Positions 35,896 through 49,011 of a stretch of DNA of 64,000 bases are shown piece by piece (the first letter of the stretch is position 1; every line of letters begins with the position of its first letter). A program made the position numbers and the translations under genes. The stretch spans positions 51,778,373 to 51,842,372 of the forward strand of contig NC_057718.1 in assembly GCF_004010195.1 (NCBI RefSeq), given 5' to 3'. The stretch is from Chiloscyllium plagiosum (Eukaryota). The notes beneath the pieces are model-generated. The model worked only from the letters and a program-made list of their open reading frames with translations. It did not search any database and was not told the DNA's origin.

Positions 35896-36994
35896 CCTTT
35901 TTTATTGTTTTAAATATACAAGGCAATTCACTTACTCAATCCCTAAAGAATGAATGATCATAAGACCATTAACACATTCCAATCTGCAAGAACCTTCCGG
36001 GATCTAAAATTTTTTTTTTAAATCATCAATTATTTGGTGTAATTTGGAATAATCAATGGGCAGCAAGGTGCTCAATGGTTAGCACTGTTGCCTCACAGTG
36101 CCAGGGACCCAGCTTTGATTCCAACTCCTTGAGCAATTTGGGCAATGACAAGAAATGTGAGAAAATATGGTAAAAATCAGAAAAAAAATCAGAAATTCAA
36201 TATTGATAAAACAAGTTAAAAATTTTCCCTAAAGGATTAAACATTAAATTCTGAATTTTTCTAATGAGCCATGTCTACCTTAAATTCAATGCTTTTGCAT
36301 GTTATTAATGGCCCCACTTGCCTCATTTATATGTAGTTTCAAATTCTCTCTTTTTCTGAGAAACTAGATACCGCTAAATTCTCATATGAAAGCCACAGGA
36401 GTAACCTGGGGGCATCAGCTTGCTGCTTGCGTGCCCTTGCCTTTGTCCAATTCTGTCACTGCAAGCTCCAAGGACATTTCTACCTCCATCCTTTGACCAA
36501 GCAAGTCAGCAGCAGCAAACTGCTAGCCTCATCACATCCTCATTTGTGCTCCTGGACCAACTGGCAGATAACTTTTACCCTTCGGGACTTTGCTTTGGAG
36601 CTTGGGACTCCCTTGATTTTAGTGCTTTAGCCAGGTATGCTGTGCATGCTGTGAAACAGACATCTGATGCATCTACACATTTTATGACTCTTAGCTGGAT
36701 GTCTTACCACTTACTCAGTTTATGCTTGCTTGGAGGCAACTAGCTTTGCATTGCATTAAGAGGAGAGGGATAGATGGACCCTTGTCACAGTACAGAGCCC
36801 TTTGGTCCTTGTGTCTGTGCCTAGCTATCTAGACTAATCCTACTTTCCATTTCAAGTGGTCATCCACATTTCTATTAAATGTTGTCGGGTTTCCGAACTT
36901 TACTGTGCTTCTGGACAAGGCATTCCAGATTCCCATCTCCCCAATTTAGTGAGATGAAGCAAGTGTGGTTATAATATTGTACTGCTAATATTGG

Positions 36995-37810
36995 GAATGG
37001 CATTAAGCAGGAAATCTGAGGTGTATGAACTAAATCTGTATTTATGGGGTGGCTTTTAACTGCAAAGAAAAGGGTGAATCAAATCAGTTACAATATCATA
37101 GAGGAGGAATTTCTCAAGTGTATATGGAATGATTTCCTGGACCAATATATTGAGGAACCTATGAAAGACCAGGCCATCTTGTACTGAGTATTATGCAATG
37201 AGAAAGGAATAATTGGTACTGTAGTTGTGAGAAACTCACTGGGGTGAGTGACCATAATATGATAGAAGTAAGGCAGATGATTCTGAGAGTGGGGTCCTGA
37301 ATCTTAATAAGGGAAACAATGATAGTATGAGGAATGGGTTGTCTATAACGGATTAGGAAATTTTGCTGAATGGAATGACAGTGGATAAGCAATGGCAAAC
37401 ATTCAAAGAGTCAATGGGTAAACTCCAAAATTTATTTATTCCTGTTTGGCGCATGAGTGCAAAGGGAACAGTGGTCAAACCATGTCATACAAGGGAAGTT
37501 AGAGATAGTACTAGATGCAAAAATAAGGCACACAAATTGTCAAGAGTAAACAAAAGACCTGACGATTGGAAACTGTTTCAAAGTCAGCAAAAGAAGACCA
37601 AGGAATTGATTAAAAAGGGAAAAACAAAGTATGACTGTAAGCTTGCGGGTAACATAAAAATTGAATGCAAAAATTTCTATAGTTATCTCAAAAGAAAACG
37701 ATTGGTGAAAACTAATGTGGGTCTCTTACAGTCAGAAATGGAAAGATTTATAACACGAAACAAAGAAATGCTCATGAACTAAATTCATACTTTGCTTCTG
37801 TCTTTACATC
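36995..37810 (+). mobile_element. CR1 ORF2 fragment (end of endonuclease and linker)
   Basis: LGVSDHNMI-like motif, VDKQWQTFKE and KNFYSYLKRKRLVKTNVGLL (ORF 37363-37782). Confidence 0.85.
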
Positions 37811-38256
37811 ACAATCATTGGCAGTCCGTTGCAGACAAAAGTAACTCTCTTCCACTCTCAGGGTGATCTGTAGGTGGCGGTACAGACCAATGTACAGACC
37901 AACAGACACTTAAGGCACAAGGTGATCATGGGAAGAGCTGGGGCAAGGGGGTGCGCTTTGTGTAGCAGTGCACGTCTTTTGATTTTTTTTGTCTGGCTTC
38001 TGTTTTTTTTCCCAGTGGTAAGTCTCAAAGTACTCGACGCCTTCGGATCCTCCTCATCCACTTTGGGCAGCCTTAGGCCAGTGACTCCCAAGTGTCTGTG
38101 GGAATGCCACACTTACCTATGAGGCCTTGAGGGTATATAACACTTCTAAAGTAGCCATTCCTAGTTCTTCAATGTATTGCTCCAGAAATGCATCTTGTAC
38201 ACACTGAAGGAATTCACTCTCCACAATGTTAGTGCTGAATAGGTTTACCAATGTAT

Positions 38257-38358
38257 GATTAGATTAGATTCCCTAGTGTGGAAACAGGCCCTGCGGCCCA
38301 ACCAGCCCACACCGACCCTCCGAAGAGTAACCCACCCAGACGCATTTCCCTCTGACTA
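38257..38358 (-). mobile_element. HE1-type SINE 3' fragment within an old minus-strand CR1 endonuclease relic (about 38120-38900)
   Basis: gattagattagattccctagtgtggaaacaggccc...ccgaagagtaacccacccagac. Confidence 0.8.
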
Positions 38359-40374
38359 GTAAGTTGTCCATTATTCCTGTTTTACACATATTACATGCAT
38401 CTTTAAATTCCTTAGTGTAATGACACTCAACCTGACCACTTTAGCTTGGTAGCCTATCAATACCTTCTGCCAATGTTTGCTTCCTTTTGCCATCCCTTAG
38501 CTCCATTCAAATGATTCTACATCTTGTTCCAAAAACCCTCTCGCAACTGAACTCATCCCTTATTAAGAGCACTGCCCTATCATCTTTAAATTTTTTTGCC
38601 TACCTTCATAAATGACGAGTCACTTTGGAAATGCAATTCCTACTCATTGTCACCCTGTAGCCATATCACATAATGGCAATTAAATCATACCCATTTACCT
38701 CAATTTGTGCTTTCAAATCCTCAATAGGATGTTGCATGCATTCAAATAGGGTACTTTTAATTCTCCCTTCTTAGTATTATTCCGTGTTCTGATCCGATTT
38801 GATAATTGCCTTTGCTTTGTCTGTCCTATAATTTCACAATACTTTTCTACTTCCTGTTACAAGTTTATCTTCCCTCCAATACCTCCCTCTTGGTCCCCAT
38901 CACCCTGCCCTCCCAACTTGAAACATGTTTGCTCAGTTAATCACTGAGGTATGTCTCAAACAATAAACCCACTACTGGGAGAAAAAGTATGACTTTGTGG
39001 AAAAATAACAAATACTACCAAATTGGTTCTGCTTTGTACAAATGAGTAATTGTCATCCAACAGTAAACACTTGCAGACACTGTTTTAACTCGGAAAAATA
39101 TTTTTCCATGTAACTTTTCCCAATTTGCAAGATACCTGCAATTCAATTCTAATTTTAGCTTTTTATCTTGTAAAATGGTCCAGAAAGGTTTAGAGAGCAA
39201 AGTTTGCCCTCACAACCCATTTTCTTTTGCCTTTGGAAACCTCAATAAAGCAGTTATGGCAGATTAAGTTTCTCTTTTAGAGTCACAGGCTTTATTGTAA
39301 GCTCTAGCTAATCTAATTCACTGTCCCCAGCTTACATGCCTGCAGATTTCCAGTAAGCATGTTGGACATTATCATAAGTAGGTACTGTCTAACCCGTGGC
39401 CTGGTAAAAACCAAATACTCCAGTAAAGCCTGAGATCAGATATAGGTGTTTCATGGTCTGTTTATATTGACTATTCAACAAAATTAACTCCCTCAGCTTA
39501 AGAAAGACGTCTAATTTGTCTTTTGAGAAGGTCAAATAAAAGTTTGATTAGCAATCATATTATTGATACAATTGGGGGATGGAACATCAGCTATTTGTTT
39601 TAATGCTTGTTTTATTATCCTGTAAACACAAATCCAAGAGAAACATGGCTATTTTTCAAACAACTATGAGAAACCCTTAGAGGCCATGAACAAAATATAT
39701 CTTCGAGTCATTGATTGTCTGCTTCCAAGGCAACTACTTTTGTTTAGACAACACAAACAATAATTTAATAGATTGACTATTTTCAAAAACTCTCAGAGTG
39801 AAAATTTCATGGGCACGCAACCTTGTCAATTAACTCAGAATGTGAACAGTTATGATCTCCACAATTGCCGGAATCTGTCTGTGGTATATCTCCATTGCAA
39901 AGAAGTGGATGGAACTGAGTTTCTACAAAATGTGATATTGGTGATTTGGACGTTAATGCTTGGTTCTACCCACTACCCAAAACATCCAGAATACAAAATG
40001 CCAGATTCTGACCACTGCTGAAAAAACTTTGCAATACTTCCACCAATATTTTGTTCAGGTGGCAAGTTATGTTATCTCCATGTGATTTTTTCCAACAATT
40101 TTTCATTTTTGCTTTTCTTTGTGGAAATCAGTGCTATAGCAAATAACATAGCTCAGGTTGGGGCCATTGGAAGTCCTGGGTTTGGGAATCCCACTTCCTG
40201 AGGGCTTGGCATGGGAACAGGCTTTGTCTCCAAATCAAGAAACTGAAAACCCTTTAACAATATCCAAACTAAGGTGTAACATAATCTGCTTTCTCTCCCT
40301 TTGTCATTTAGCCCACTGGATTTTATGGGTTTTTTAAAATTAAAAAGTCATCAATAAAAGTTAGAAAATCTCAC

Positions 40375-40813
40375 CTGATCGTCCATCTCTCTGAAAATCC
40401 ACGTGATACCACTCTCCATCATTCACCTTCCTTTGAGTGGCTTTTGTTTTAATAGCACCAGATCCCATGTCTAGCAGAAGGTATAAGTGTCCATCAAGCA
40501 TTTCAATAGCAAAGAAGTCGACTTTCACTATTCGGGGATTTTTGGCATCTTTTTGGTGTCGTGGTTTGCCATGACTAAAAAGAATCAGTCCGTTTGGTTC
40601 AGTGGTGCGAAAGTCAAATGAAATAGAGCCCGTCTTTTTAGCATTCCACTTTGGTAGTGAAATAAAAGATTCAGGGGTCTCAAATGTGATTGGATCTAAT
40701 GTTGCAACGTTCTCACATTTGAAGGCCACCATTCCGTGAATCTTCATCTTGCGATCTCCTTGCTTGGCGAGCCGTGATAATTCCAATCGGACATCATTGT
40801 TTTTGTAAACAAC
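40375..40813 (-). CDS. NRXN1: Neurexin-1 alpha internal coding exon (C-terminal end of LNS2 and N-terminal part of LNS3), 439 bp, phase 0 to phase 1
   Basis: Translates [119 protein letters not shown]...[12 protein letters not shown](G). This is near-identical to vertebrate neurexin-1 alpha as I recall it, and the [10 protein letters not shown] segment separates it from NRXN2/3. Canonical acceptor (ttcactcgtAG|GTTGTT, AG at 40815-40814) and donor (TCAG|GTgaga, GT at 40374-40373). Confidence 0.96.
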
Positions 40814-40850
40814 CTACGAGTGAAATAATAAGGTTAAAAATTGCTTCCAG
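40814..40850 (-). promoter_or_regulatory. 3' splice acceptor with pyrimidine tract and candidate branch point for the NRXN1 exon
   Basis: Minus strand reads ...gcaatttTTAACcttattatttcactcgtAG. A ttaac branch-like motif lies about 20-25 nt upstream of the AG. Confidence 0.7.
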
Positions 40851-42603
40851 AATCCAACTTTAAGCAACAGTACACTTGCTGAAGATGAATTGCTGTAGTT
40901 AACAGAGATTAAGAAAGGAATGTTCTGGGAGAGAAAAAGCACTTTTTAAAAATAAAATAAGAAATTGTAGAGTATACCACAATGTCACAAATTCATTGAT
41001 ATCCCATGTTGGCTATTTAACAATGTCAGACAGTGGAGCAATGTTTTCATATAAAAGGATAAATTAGACCAAATTTTCCAATGGGTGGTAGTCTCATGCA
41101 GAGATTCTACACAAGCTTACAACTCCATCCCTTCTTTTTCACAAACAGGAGATTCCAATCAAGCCTACTTCAGAAACATGGAACCATACTTATATTCTGA
41201 TTGTTCTCTCATTGTACAGAACTGTCAGAAGAAGGCAAGTAATTTCTCCTTCTCACAATGATTTTCTGAAACTTCAACATTCAGAATCACAGTCACTTTG
41301 ATAGCCGCTGTCAAATGGTAAGCACATAATAGCAAGTGTGATGCTTGGGTACGTAAAGAGTAGAGTCAAGTACCCTGTAAGTAGGGTACCATTTGGATAG
41401 GGGAATGGGTGCCAGGTGGGTAGGATGTGAAGTGGGTAGCAAATGGGTCACCAGGGGTCAGGTTGCTAGGTGGATGGGGAGTAGAATGTCAAGGGTTCGT
41501 GCACAAGGTGCTCAGTGAAGTGATGCAGTCTAAGGGGAGGTCAGGGTGGGTGAAATAAATTGGGTCCAATGGGGGAGGGTCAGCATTAGGTCCAAAGGGG
41601 GTTAGTATGATGAGGAGCTTGGTGTGGGATCAGGTTCTTGGTGGTTTCAGGTCTATGGATGGGGCAGAACACTGGATGCAAAGAAGGGCAAGGGGTGGGC
41701 AAAGGAGCATGTGAGTGGGTCCACAGCAAAGTAAGGGGGATCAGAACTGGAAAGGGGGGATTGGGGGCATTTGCATCCTCAGCAGGGAAAACTGGTTCAG
41801 CTCCAGGGGCAAGGAAAACTGTGTCAGGTCCAAAGTGGGAGAAGGTAGTCAAATCTGGAGTGAGGGTATGGGAGGCTGGTCCACCAGTGGGGGAAGAGGG
41901 GTCAGCTCCCTAGGGTTTTGGGTCTGAAAAGGGGAAGGCCGAGGCTGGACAGATGGGGAGGACAGGTCAACTCCCAAGAGGTCAGCACCTGAAGAGGGGG
42001 TTGGGACTGGATTGGGGGATGAGAGGAGCAGGCTCAGAGCATAAGAGAGGAGGTGTTGGGAGTTCAATAAAAATCAATAGCTTTTGAATTCAATAGAAAT
42101 CTAGAAATAAGAATCTAATGATGACCATGAAGCCATTGTCATTGTTAGAAAATCCCATCTGGTTCACTAATGGGAAGGAAGCTGCCTATATGTGACTCCA
42201 GATCCACAGCAATGTGATTGACTCTTAACTATCCTCTGGCTAATTAGAGAAATGCAATAAATGCAATGATCTCATTCTGTGAATGGAAAAAAAGGTCGGA
42301 TTTGGTGTGGTGCAAATTGGAATATGTGAGGTAATATGGAGTCAGTTGAGTAATTAGGAATGAGATTGTGTGTTCAATAGACTAACATTTCCTACTGTGT
42401 AGTGAATCTCATCAGAACCTGCTGAATTCACTAATGTAAATGGAGACCTTTGAAGAGTTCCAAGTGTAGTGGAATTGCTCAGCAAAATGTTCAACGTCAA
42501 AAGCAATTCCTTTGGAATCTGCTATGATGGGGATTCCACAGGGTCCCCTTATACATTACACCCCACCCCATCTCTACCAGAATAACAACTAAGGTTATTA
42601 ATA

Positions 42604-42830
42604 ACAACAGTGGTAAGGAAATTATTAGAGAAGAATTTTAAGGACAGGATTTATTAACATTCAGGAAAGAATGGACTTAATAGAGATAATCAGCATGGCT
42701 TTGTGCAGGGGAGGTCTTGTCTCACAAATTTGATTGAGTAACTGCCAAGGATAATTAATGAGGTTGGGCAATGGATGTTGTCTATTTGGACTTTGATAAA
42801 ATATTATCAAAGCCATCATAAAATCCGGGC
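42604..42830 (+). mobile_element. CR1 RT fragment, local duplicate of 44088-44310
   Basis: Encodes a QHGFVQGRSCLTNLI segment and has the same 5' start as the 44088 copy. Confidence 0.8.
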
Positions 42831-43272
42831 CATGAAAGAAGTTGGAGCATAGATTTTTTTTCTGAAAACAAAATTAAAATTGCTTGAAACACACAGCAGT
42901 AAAAAAGAACATGAGAAAGAGGAGCGTAGTGTTGGAGTGTTTGTTCGCAGAACCCTGCTGATGGGCTTGAACTGAAACATTCACTGATCATTCCCTTTCA
43001 GATGATGAGTGAACAATTCAATGTTTCCAGCACTTTACTGTATTTTGATTTGAATTTATTGTGAGAAATTACTCATGTGAGTCTCAACTTCAAGCAGCCA
43101 TACTGAACACTTCATTTCTGCCTCTCCAATAGTGAAGACGGTATAACAAAATGCTTACCTCGCATTATATTCTATACTCTCCCTGCTAAAAGTAACTTGC
43201 ACATTAAGATGTAAAATGGTGTGTGTGCATACTTTACTAAAATGCAACATGATTAACCCGGTATCAGTATCC

Positions 43273-43720
43273 CTCACGGCGGTAGCAGTGAGCTATGAGA
43301 GATGGCGGCAGAGGTGATTAGCGAGGAGGCGGCGTTTGGGGCCCAAGCCTTGTGAGCAGCAGTGAAGCCTGGCCTGTCCAGGTGGGTAATAGCCCAGCAT
43401 GGGTGAAAGCATACCCAGCATGGGGGAGAGCAAGCCCTCTTAGGGAAGTCCAGCTTGCAGCATCTGCAGGCCCATGGCACAAGAAATGACTAATGTTTGA
43501 CATTTTAACTTTATTTCTTTTTTTTCTACTCTATTTTCCAAAGATTATGGTGCTGAACTTTATAAATTATTTATTTATTTTTCTACTTCTGTAACCAACA
43601 TTTTGTACTGAGATACTTTGTACCTAAGATGACACCATGTATGGCAATATTATATACTTTTTGTTGTACTCTTGCACCCTGTGCTTGAGTACACGTGACA
43701 ATAAAACCTAAAACTTAAAA
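43273..43720 (+). mobile_element. Non-autonomous repeat, same family as 1702-2380
   Basis: GC-rich 5' part, T-rich middle, actttgtacctaagatg, and a gtgacaataaaacctaaaac tail. Confidence 0.5.
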
Positions 43721-44087
43721 AAACCTGAAATTTTACATGGTCTTCTGAATATTTTTTTTAAACTGGATTCACCATGGAAACAAATATATAAACCATGTTT
43801 CCAGAGTAATGTACGTATGAAAAGAAACAAAACAACAATATCATTAAGCACTATTTAACAAGAATTAATGAAAGGAACAATTACTTTCTTTCTTCTTCTT
43901 TCCTTCCAAATTTCTCCAAATAGTCTTTTTGGCTTATTTCTCTTTCTGTTGGAATATCCTTTCATTGCCTTTTCCATTATCTTGACTCTGCTTTCTCAAC
44001 ATTGATGTCGGAAAATAATCAATGTTTGTTCCTTTGTTCACAAAGGAAAATTGGGATATTCCAGAACATTATAGGTAAGTTAGCCTT

Positions 44088-44945
44088 ACAACAGTTGTAA
44101 GGAAATTATTAGAGAAGAATTTTAAGGGCAGGATTTACTGACATTCGGGAAAGAATAGACTTATTGGGTCATCATGGCTTTGTGCAAGGGAGGTCTTGTC
44201 TCACAAATTTGATTGTGAAAGTGGCAAAGATAACTGATGAGGCTTGGGGGGGGTGAATGTTGTCTATTTGGGCTTTGATAAAATATTTGACAATGTTCCA
44301 CATGGTAGGCTGGTCCAGAAGATTAAGTCACATGGGATACATGGTGGGTTGGTAAGTTGGATAGAAAATTAGCTCGGTCATAGAAGATAGAGGGTAGTAT
44401 GGAGGCGTGTTTTTTTTCTGACCGGATGTCTGCAAGGATCAGTGCCGGGACTTCTTTGTTTGTAATTTATATAAATAATTTGGTTGAAAATGTATGTGGC
44501 CTGATTAGTAAGTTTGCTGATGAGATGACAATTGGTGGAGTTGTGGTTATGTAAAAGGATACACTAGGATATAGGTCAGTTGGAAAGCTGGGCAAAGGAG
44601 TGGCAGATTGAGTGTAATCCAGCCAAATGGAAGGTGATTTAATTTAAGAGGTCAAATACTAAAGTACACAGTAAATGGAGGGCCCTTGGAATATGCAGAG
44701 GGATTTTGGGGTGCAAATGCATAGGTCCCTGAAAGTAGCAGCACAAGTGGACAAGATGGTAAAGAAGCTGTACAGCATGCTTGCCTTCGTCAGTCAAGAC
44801 TCTGAATATGAAAGTTAGCAAGTCATGTTGCAGCTGTATAACACTTCAGTTTGGCCATGTTTGGAGCATTGTGTGTAATTCTGATCAACAAACTACTGGA
44901 AGCAAGTGGAGAGGGTGTAACAGGGAGTACCAGGATGCTGCCTGC
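44088..44945 (+). mobile_element. Degraded CR1 RT fragment
   Basis: Broken HGFVQGRSCLTNLI, FDNVPHGRL and ISKFADE motifs. Confidence 0.85.
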
Positions 44946-45059
44946 TTTGCTCTAGTTTCATCAAATTCTTCATCCCAGTAAATTATCTGCAATGATATCA
45001 AGCGAATCTCTCTTAAATGATCATTTGTTACCTGAACACAACTAACAACTTTAAGATAA

Positions 45060-45505
45060 CTCCAAACACATATTTCTTATTACCTCAATGGTCTTTCACC
45101 AGGACTTACTAAACAGTACTGAACTGTCTTAGTTCCATGCCTGAAATTAAGTTTGTCTTACTGTTCACTTACTTTGCGACTGATACAAGTTTAAGGAAAA
45201 TATGCCTTGTCCTAGGAACATATTGAAAAACTAAATTGTAAGGCAAGTAATGTGGGGTTACACTGTAAGAGAACAGAAAGTTGTCTGACCTGTGTTGGAA
45301 AAAAATATGGAAATTATCATCCATTTTATCATCTAGCAAATACTTCTTCAAAGGTTGCTTTACAAACATTACACTGAACTCAGAGACACCATTGGATGCT
45401 GAGTGACAAGTTGCCTCTGAAGAGTATTTGACTCCAATCAGAAATATTTCAAACTCTTCTAAAGTAAATTGTGGTCTATCATCTGACACTAACACTTCAG
45501 GAAAC
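45060..45505 (-). mobile_element. Ty3/Gypsy LTR retrotransposon integrase relic
   Basis: FPEVLVSDDRPQFTLEEFEIFL..GVKY....CHSASNGVSEFSV..VKQPLKK...FLFSYSVTPH..P..LVF..VPRTR matches the rve consensus (SDNGPQFTS; YHPASNGLAER; YRxTPH). Confidence 0.85.
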
Positions 45506-46299
45506 ATCTTTTTTGGATAGTAAAGCAAGAAATTTAGAAATAGGGCACAATAGCGAAAAGATAGCAAGACAGAGTATTCTTGAAGTCTGCTGCCTACTTT
45601 AACAGAAAGCTGAGTTCGTGAAGGTCATCTGTGACAAATTGTCTGTGAGAAAATGAAGTGGCGATATGTCCAAATGGTAACAAATCATGGAATGTAGAAA
45701 GTGTTGCGATACAATAACACATATATAAGGACATCACTGAACATAACTATGTGAGGTTAGTGACTATTTATTGTTGGTCGAAGAAGGCAACTTCATATGA
45801 GACTGTAGATAATTTGGGAACAGGAGGGAAATAATTGACTTGGCGCCAGGATAACATCCAAAGATTATTGAAGACATAGAGTCATAGACACCCCATTTGC
45901 CCATAATAAGGTCAAAGTGGGAATGTTCACTGAAGATTCCACAATGTTTAGTACCATTCGCAACTCCTCAGATGCTAAAGAAGTCCTGTCTAAATATAGA
46001 AAGACAGTATCCATATGTGGACAGTATCCATATGGATACATCCATATGTATCCATAGCATGCAAGCCACATGCTATTTCCAGCAGACACTCACTTTACCT
46101 ATCAATATCAATCTGTATCCTTGCAATGTCCTCCTTACAGCATGGAAACACACCCTTCAATCCAACTAATCCATGCCAAACATAATCCCAAACTAAACTA
46201 GTCCCACCTGCCTGCTTCTGGCCTATATCCTTCCAAACTTTTCCTATTCATGTATTTTTCCAAATGTCTTTTAAATATTGTAATTGTACTCACACAGCT

Positions 46300-47060
46300 G
46301 AAAATCAGGAATGAAGAGAAGGATTTGGTGAAATTCTAATCACCAGGGAAGTGGTACTGGGAAAACTGTTGAAATTGTGGTCTGACAAGTCCTTGGGTCT
46401 TGTTGGACTTCATCTGAGGATCTTTGGGGTGGTAGTAGCTGAATTGATGCTAATGTTCTAAACTCGGCTAGATTCTAGAAAGATCTTATTAGAATAGAAA
46501 GAAGGATATATAATTCCTCTATTCAAGAAGGGAAGAAGGAACAAAACAGGAAATTATAGCTCAGTCCACTTAATGATTGTCACTGGGAAGAAGAGAGAAT
46601 CAATCTTTAAGGAAGTTACAGCTATGCAATTGGGAAAACTCAAGATAACTGGGATGAGTCAACAAGATTTTGACAAAGAGGCATTTTGATTAAGCAAATT
46701 ATTGGAGTTCTAAGAGGAGTATCATACAATGAGCATAAAGGGATATTAGGCTTTCCAGAAGACATTTGACAAGGTATCACATAAAAGGTTATTCACAAAC
46801 TAGAAGTGCATGGCAGAAGATTTACTAGCTGGCAGAAAGCACAGAGTTTGCAAAAAATATTCTGTGACCAATGGGTTCCCAGAGGGCTCAATTCTAGGGC
46901 TTCAATCTTTTGAGGCTCCTATGAATTGATGGAAATAAAGGAAATGAAGGCATGGTAGCTAAATTTTCAGATGACACAAAATATGTTGGGAGGTATGCTG
47001 TAAGGAGGACAGTGCAAGGTTGCAGACTGATATAGATAGATAGAGTAAGTGTCTGCAGGA
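46300..47060 (+). mobile_element. Old CR1 RT fragment
   Basis: Broken DKSLGL.GLHLRI, PLFKKG..NKTGNYS, FQKTFDKVSHKRL and KFSDDTK motifs. Confidence 0.8.
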
Positions 47061-49011
47061 GATAGCATGTGACTTGCCACATGTCAGCCCACATATGGAT
47101 ACTGTCTTACTGCATTTAGACAGGACTTCTTCAGCATCTGAGGAATTGCGAATGGTACTAAACATTGTGGAATCTTCAGTGAACATTCCCACTCTGACCT
47201 TATTATGGGCAAATGGGGTGTCTTCATATGGTAGCTGAAGAGTCCAATCCTTGAACAGTACAAGTACCACAAGGAGCTCACAAGGTATTATTATATGTCA
47301 CTGTGATTTTATTTGGGCATAGATGTTTGGTGTCAAATCTGTGTAATAAACGGCCATCAACGTGATGTTAAACAGAATGTTACTTAGGAATTTTTGTACC
47401 TTCTATACGAGAGGCTATGAACTTGCTGCCGCAGCCTAGATCTCGCCGATATCTGATGAATCTCCTCAAGCTGCTCAGGAGAAAGGCTCTCTTGCAATTT
47501 TCAGCTATCTTTTAAATTGCAGTTCCTGTGGCTGGGCCTCATCTCAGCCCTCCTCCCACGTCAGTTTATTGCTTTCCTCACAAATTTGGCCTGGACTTTA
47601 TTGTTCTTCAGGCTTCCTACAAAAGTGTACCTGAGGTGCATTTCTAAATCTTCTGGCATTTCCACATTGGCCATAAGAGATTAACTCCAGAACATAATTT
47701 GCTCGTCTTACTTGGCAATGGTTTCCTTTGACAGAAAGCAACTCCCAGTGCAATTTCATTTTTAAATGTGCATTAAAGGAATCCAGAATCTCATTAACTT
47801 CAGGCTATGCCATATTACAGGAGTTTCAAGGGAAGCAATGCTTGGATACTAAAATAGCATTCACCTCAATTTTCATGAAAGAAAACAGTTACTTCATCAC
47901 TACCATCTGTTTTATTTGTTTCAATCAAGTAACTGTCCTTCATTAGTAATTACACCAATGCTCTTTGTTTGGACTGACTTCCTCCACTGTCTCCTATTGT
48001 GCCTTTTTCTTTCATTCAATTATGTACCATTCTGACTCAATGAGTTACTAATGGACATGATAGATACACAGTGCAATCTTTCCAACCACTCAAAATCAAC
48101 ATCAGGCGTTCTTAAAAGAAAGTGTCCCACAATGCTCTTCAGGTCTGAATATCTCAAATGCAAAAAGACATTCCATCAGGCCTCATCACCATATTTCTGT
48201 TCTGTACTATACTTAGAAAATATTCACTTAAGGGATTCAAATGCAAGCATTTTGAAGATGCTTTATTTACATCTCCCTGATGGAGAGGACAACACAAAAG
48301 GTTGTGTCAGGAAATGTTTGGTTCTAATACGTTAGGGCACATTTCACTTTGTATGAACTAGAAGAATACTTGCAATCCAAAAAATGGTCAAAAGGAATAA
48401 TAGAAACACTGCAATACAACAAGGAAAGATCATCTGAAGAATGATTCTAAGGCAGGGTGGCTGTAAATACTGCCACAAATTGTTTTTGAAGTGATTTCAA
48501 TTTGATTGGAAATTTGTTAATTACCTCATCCTTTTTAAGAAATAAATGTGCAAAATTTTAGCAGGGGACCAACAATGGCCCCCAATCAACCTCAGACTTG
48601 AAGGAAAGTTGGCTGTAAGAAAAGTGAACTGGGAAGCCGCCTGCAGGCAGACATTATATGTCACAGGTGGACTAAAATAGTGCTTGATGGGACTTCTGCC
48701 CCTCAGGAGAGAAGCAAGTTTAACCCCTTCTTCTCTTCTGGCCTGCTAGCCAATCAGATATACCAACAGTCCCAGAAGTACCAAGAGCTTGGCTGTGGGT
48801 GGTGCTGGGACTTTAACAACTGCTTTAAGGGGGCCCAATGGATCCCAGAGTGAGCTAATTGAGTAGCATTGGCCAGAAAGGATTTGGGGAGGGATTACAC
48901 TGAAGTAGGGGGACTTTGGTATGCAGGTAGATAGGATCTACTGCTAATTGGGGACCAAGTTCCTGATGCATAAAGCACAGCCATGAAAAGAAATAGGCTG
49001 TAGACAGAAGT

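Noticed and set aside
40361..40786. ORF-track version of the neurexin ORF (MELSR...GEIF*)
   Set aside because: Its start is an internal TTG and its end is read-through into the intron. Splice sites define 40375-40813.
42950..42985. Further hammerhead-like motif ctgctga-tgggcttgaact-gaaa-catt
   Set aside because: The core and helix II are too degenerate to call, although it may be an ancient PLE tail.
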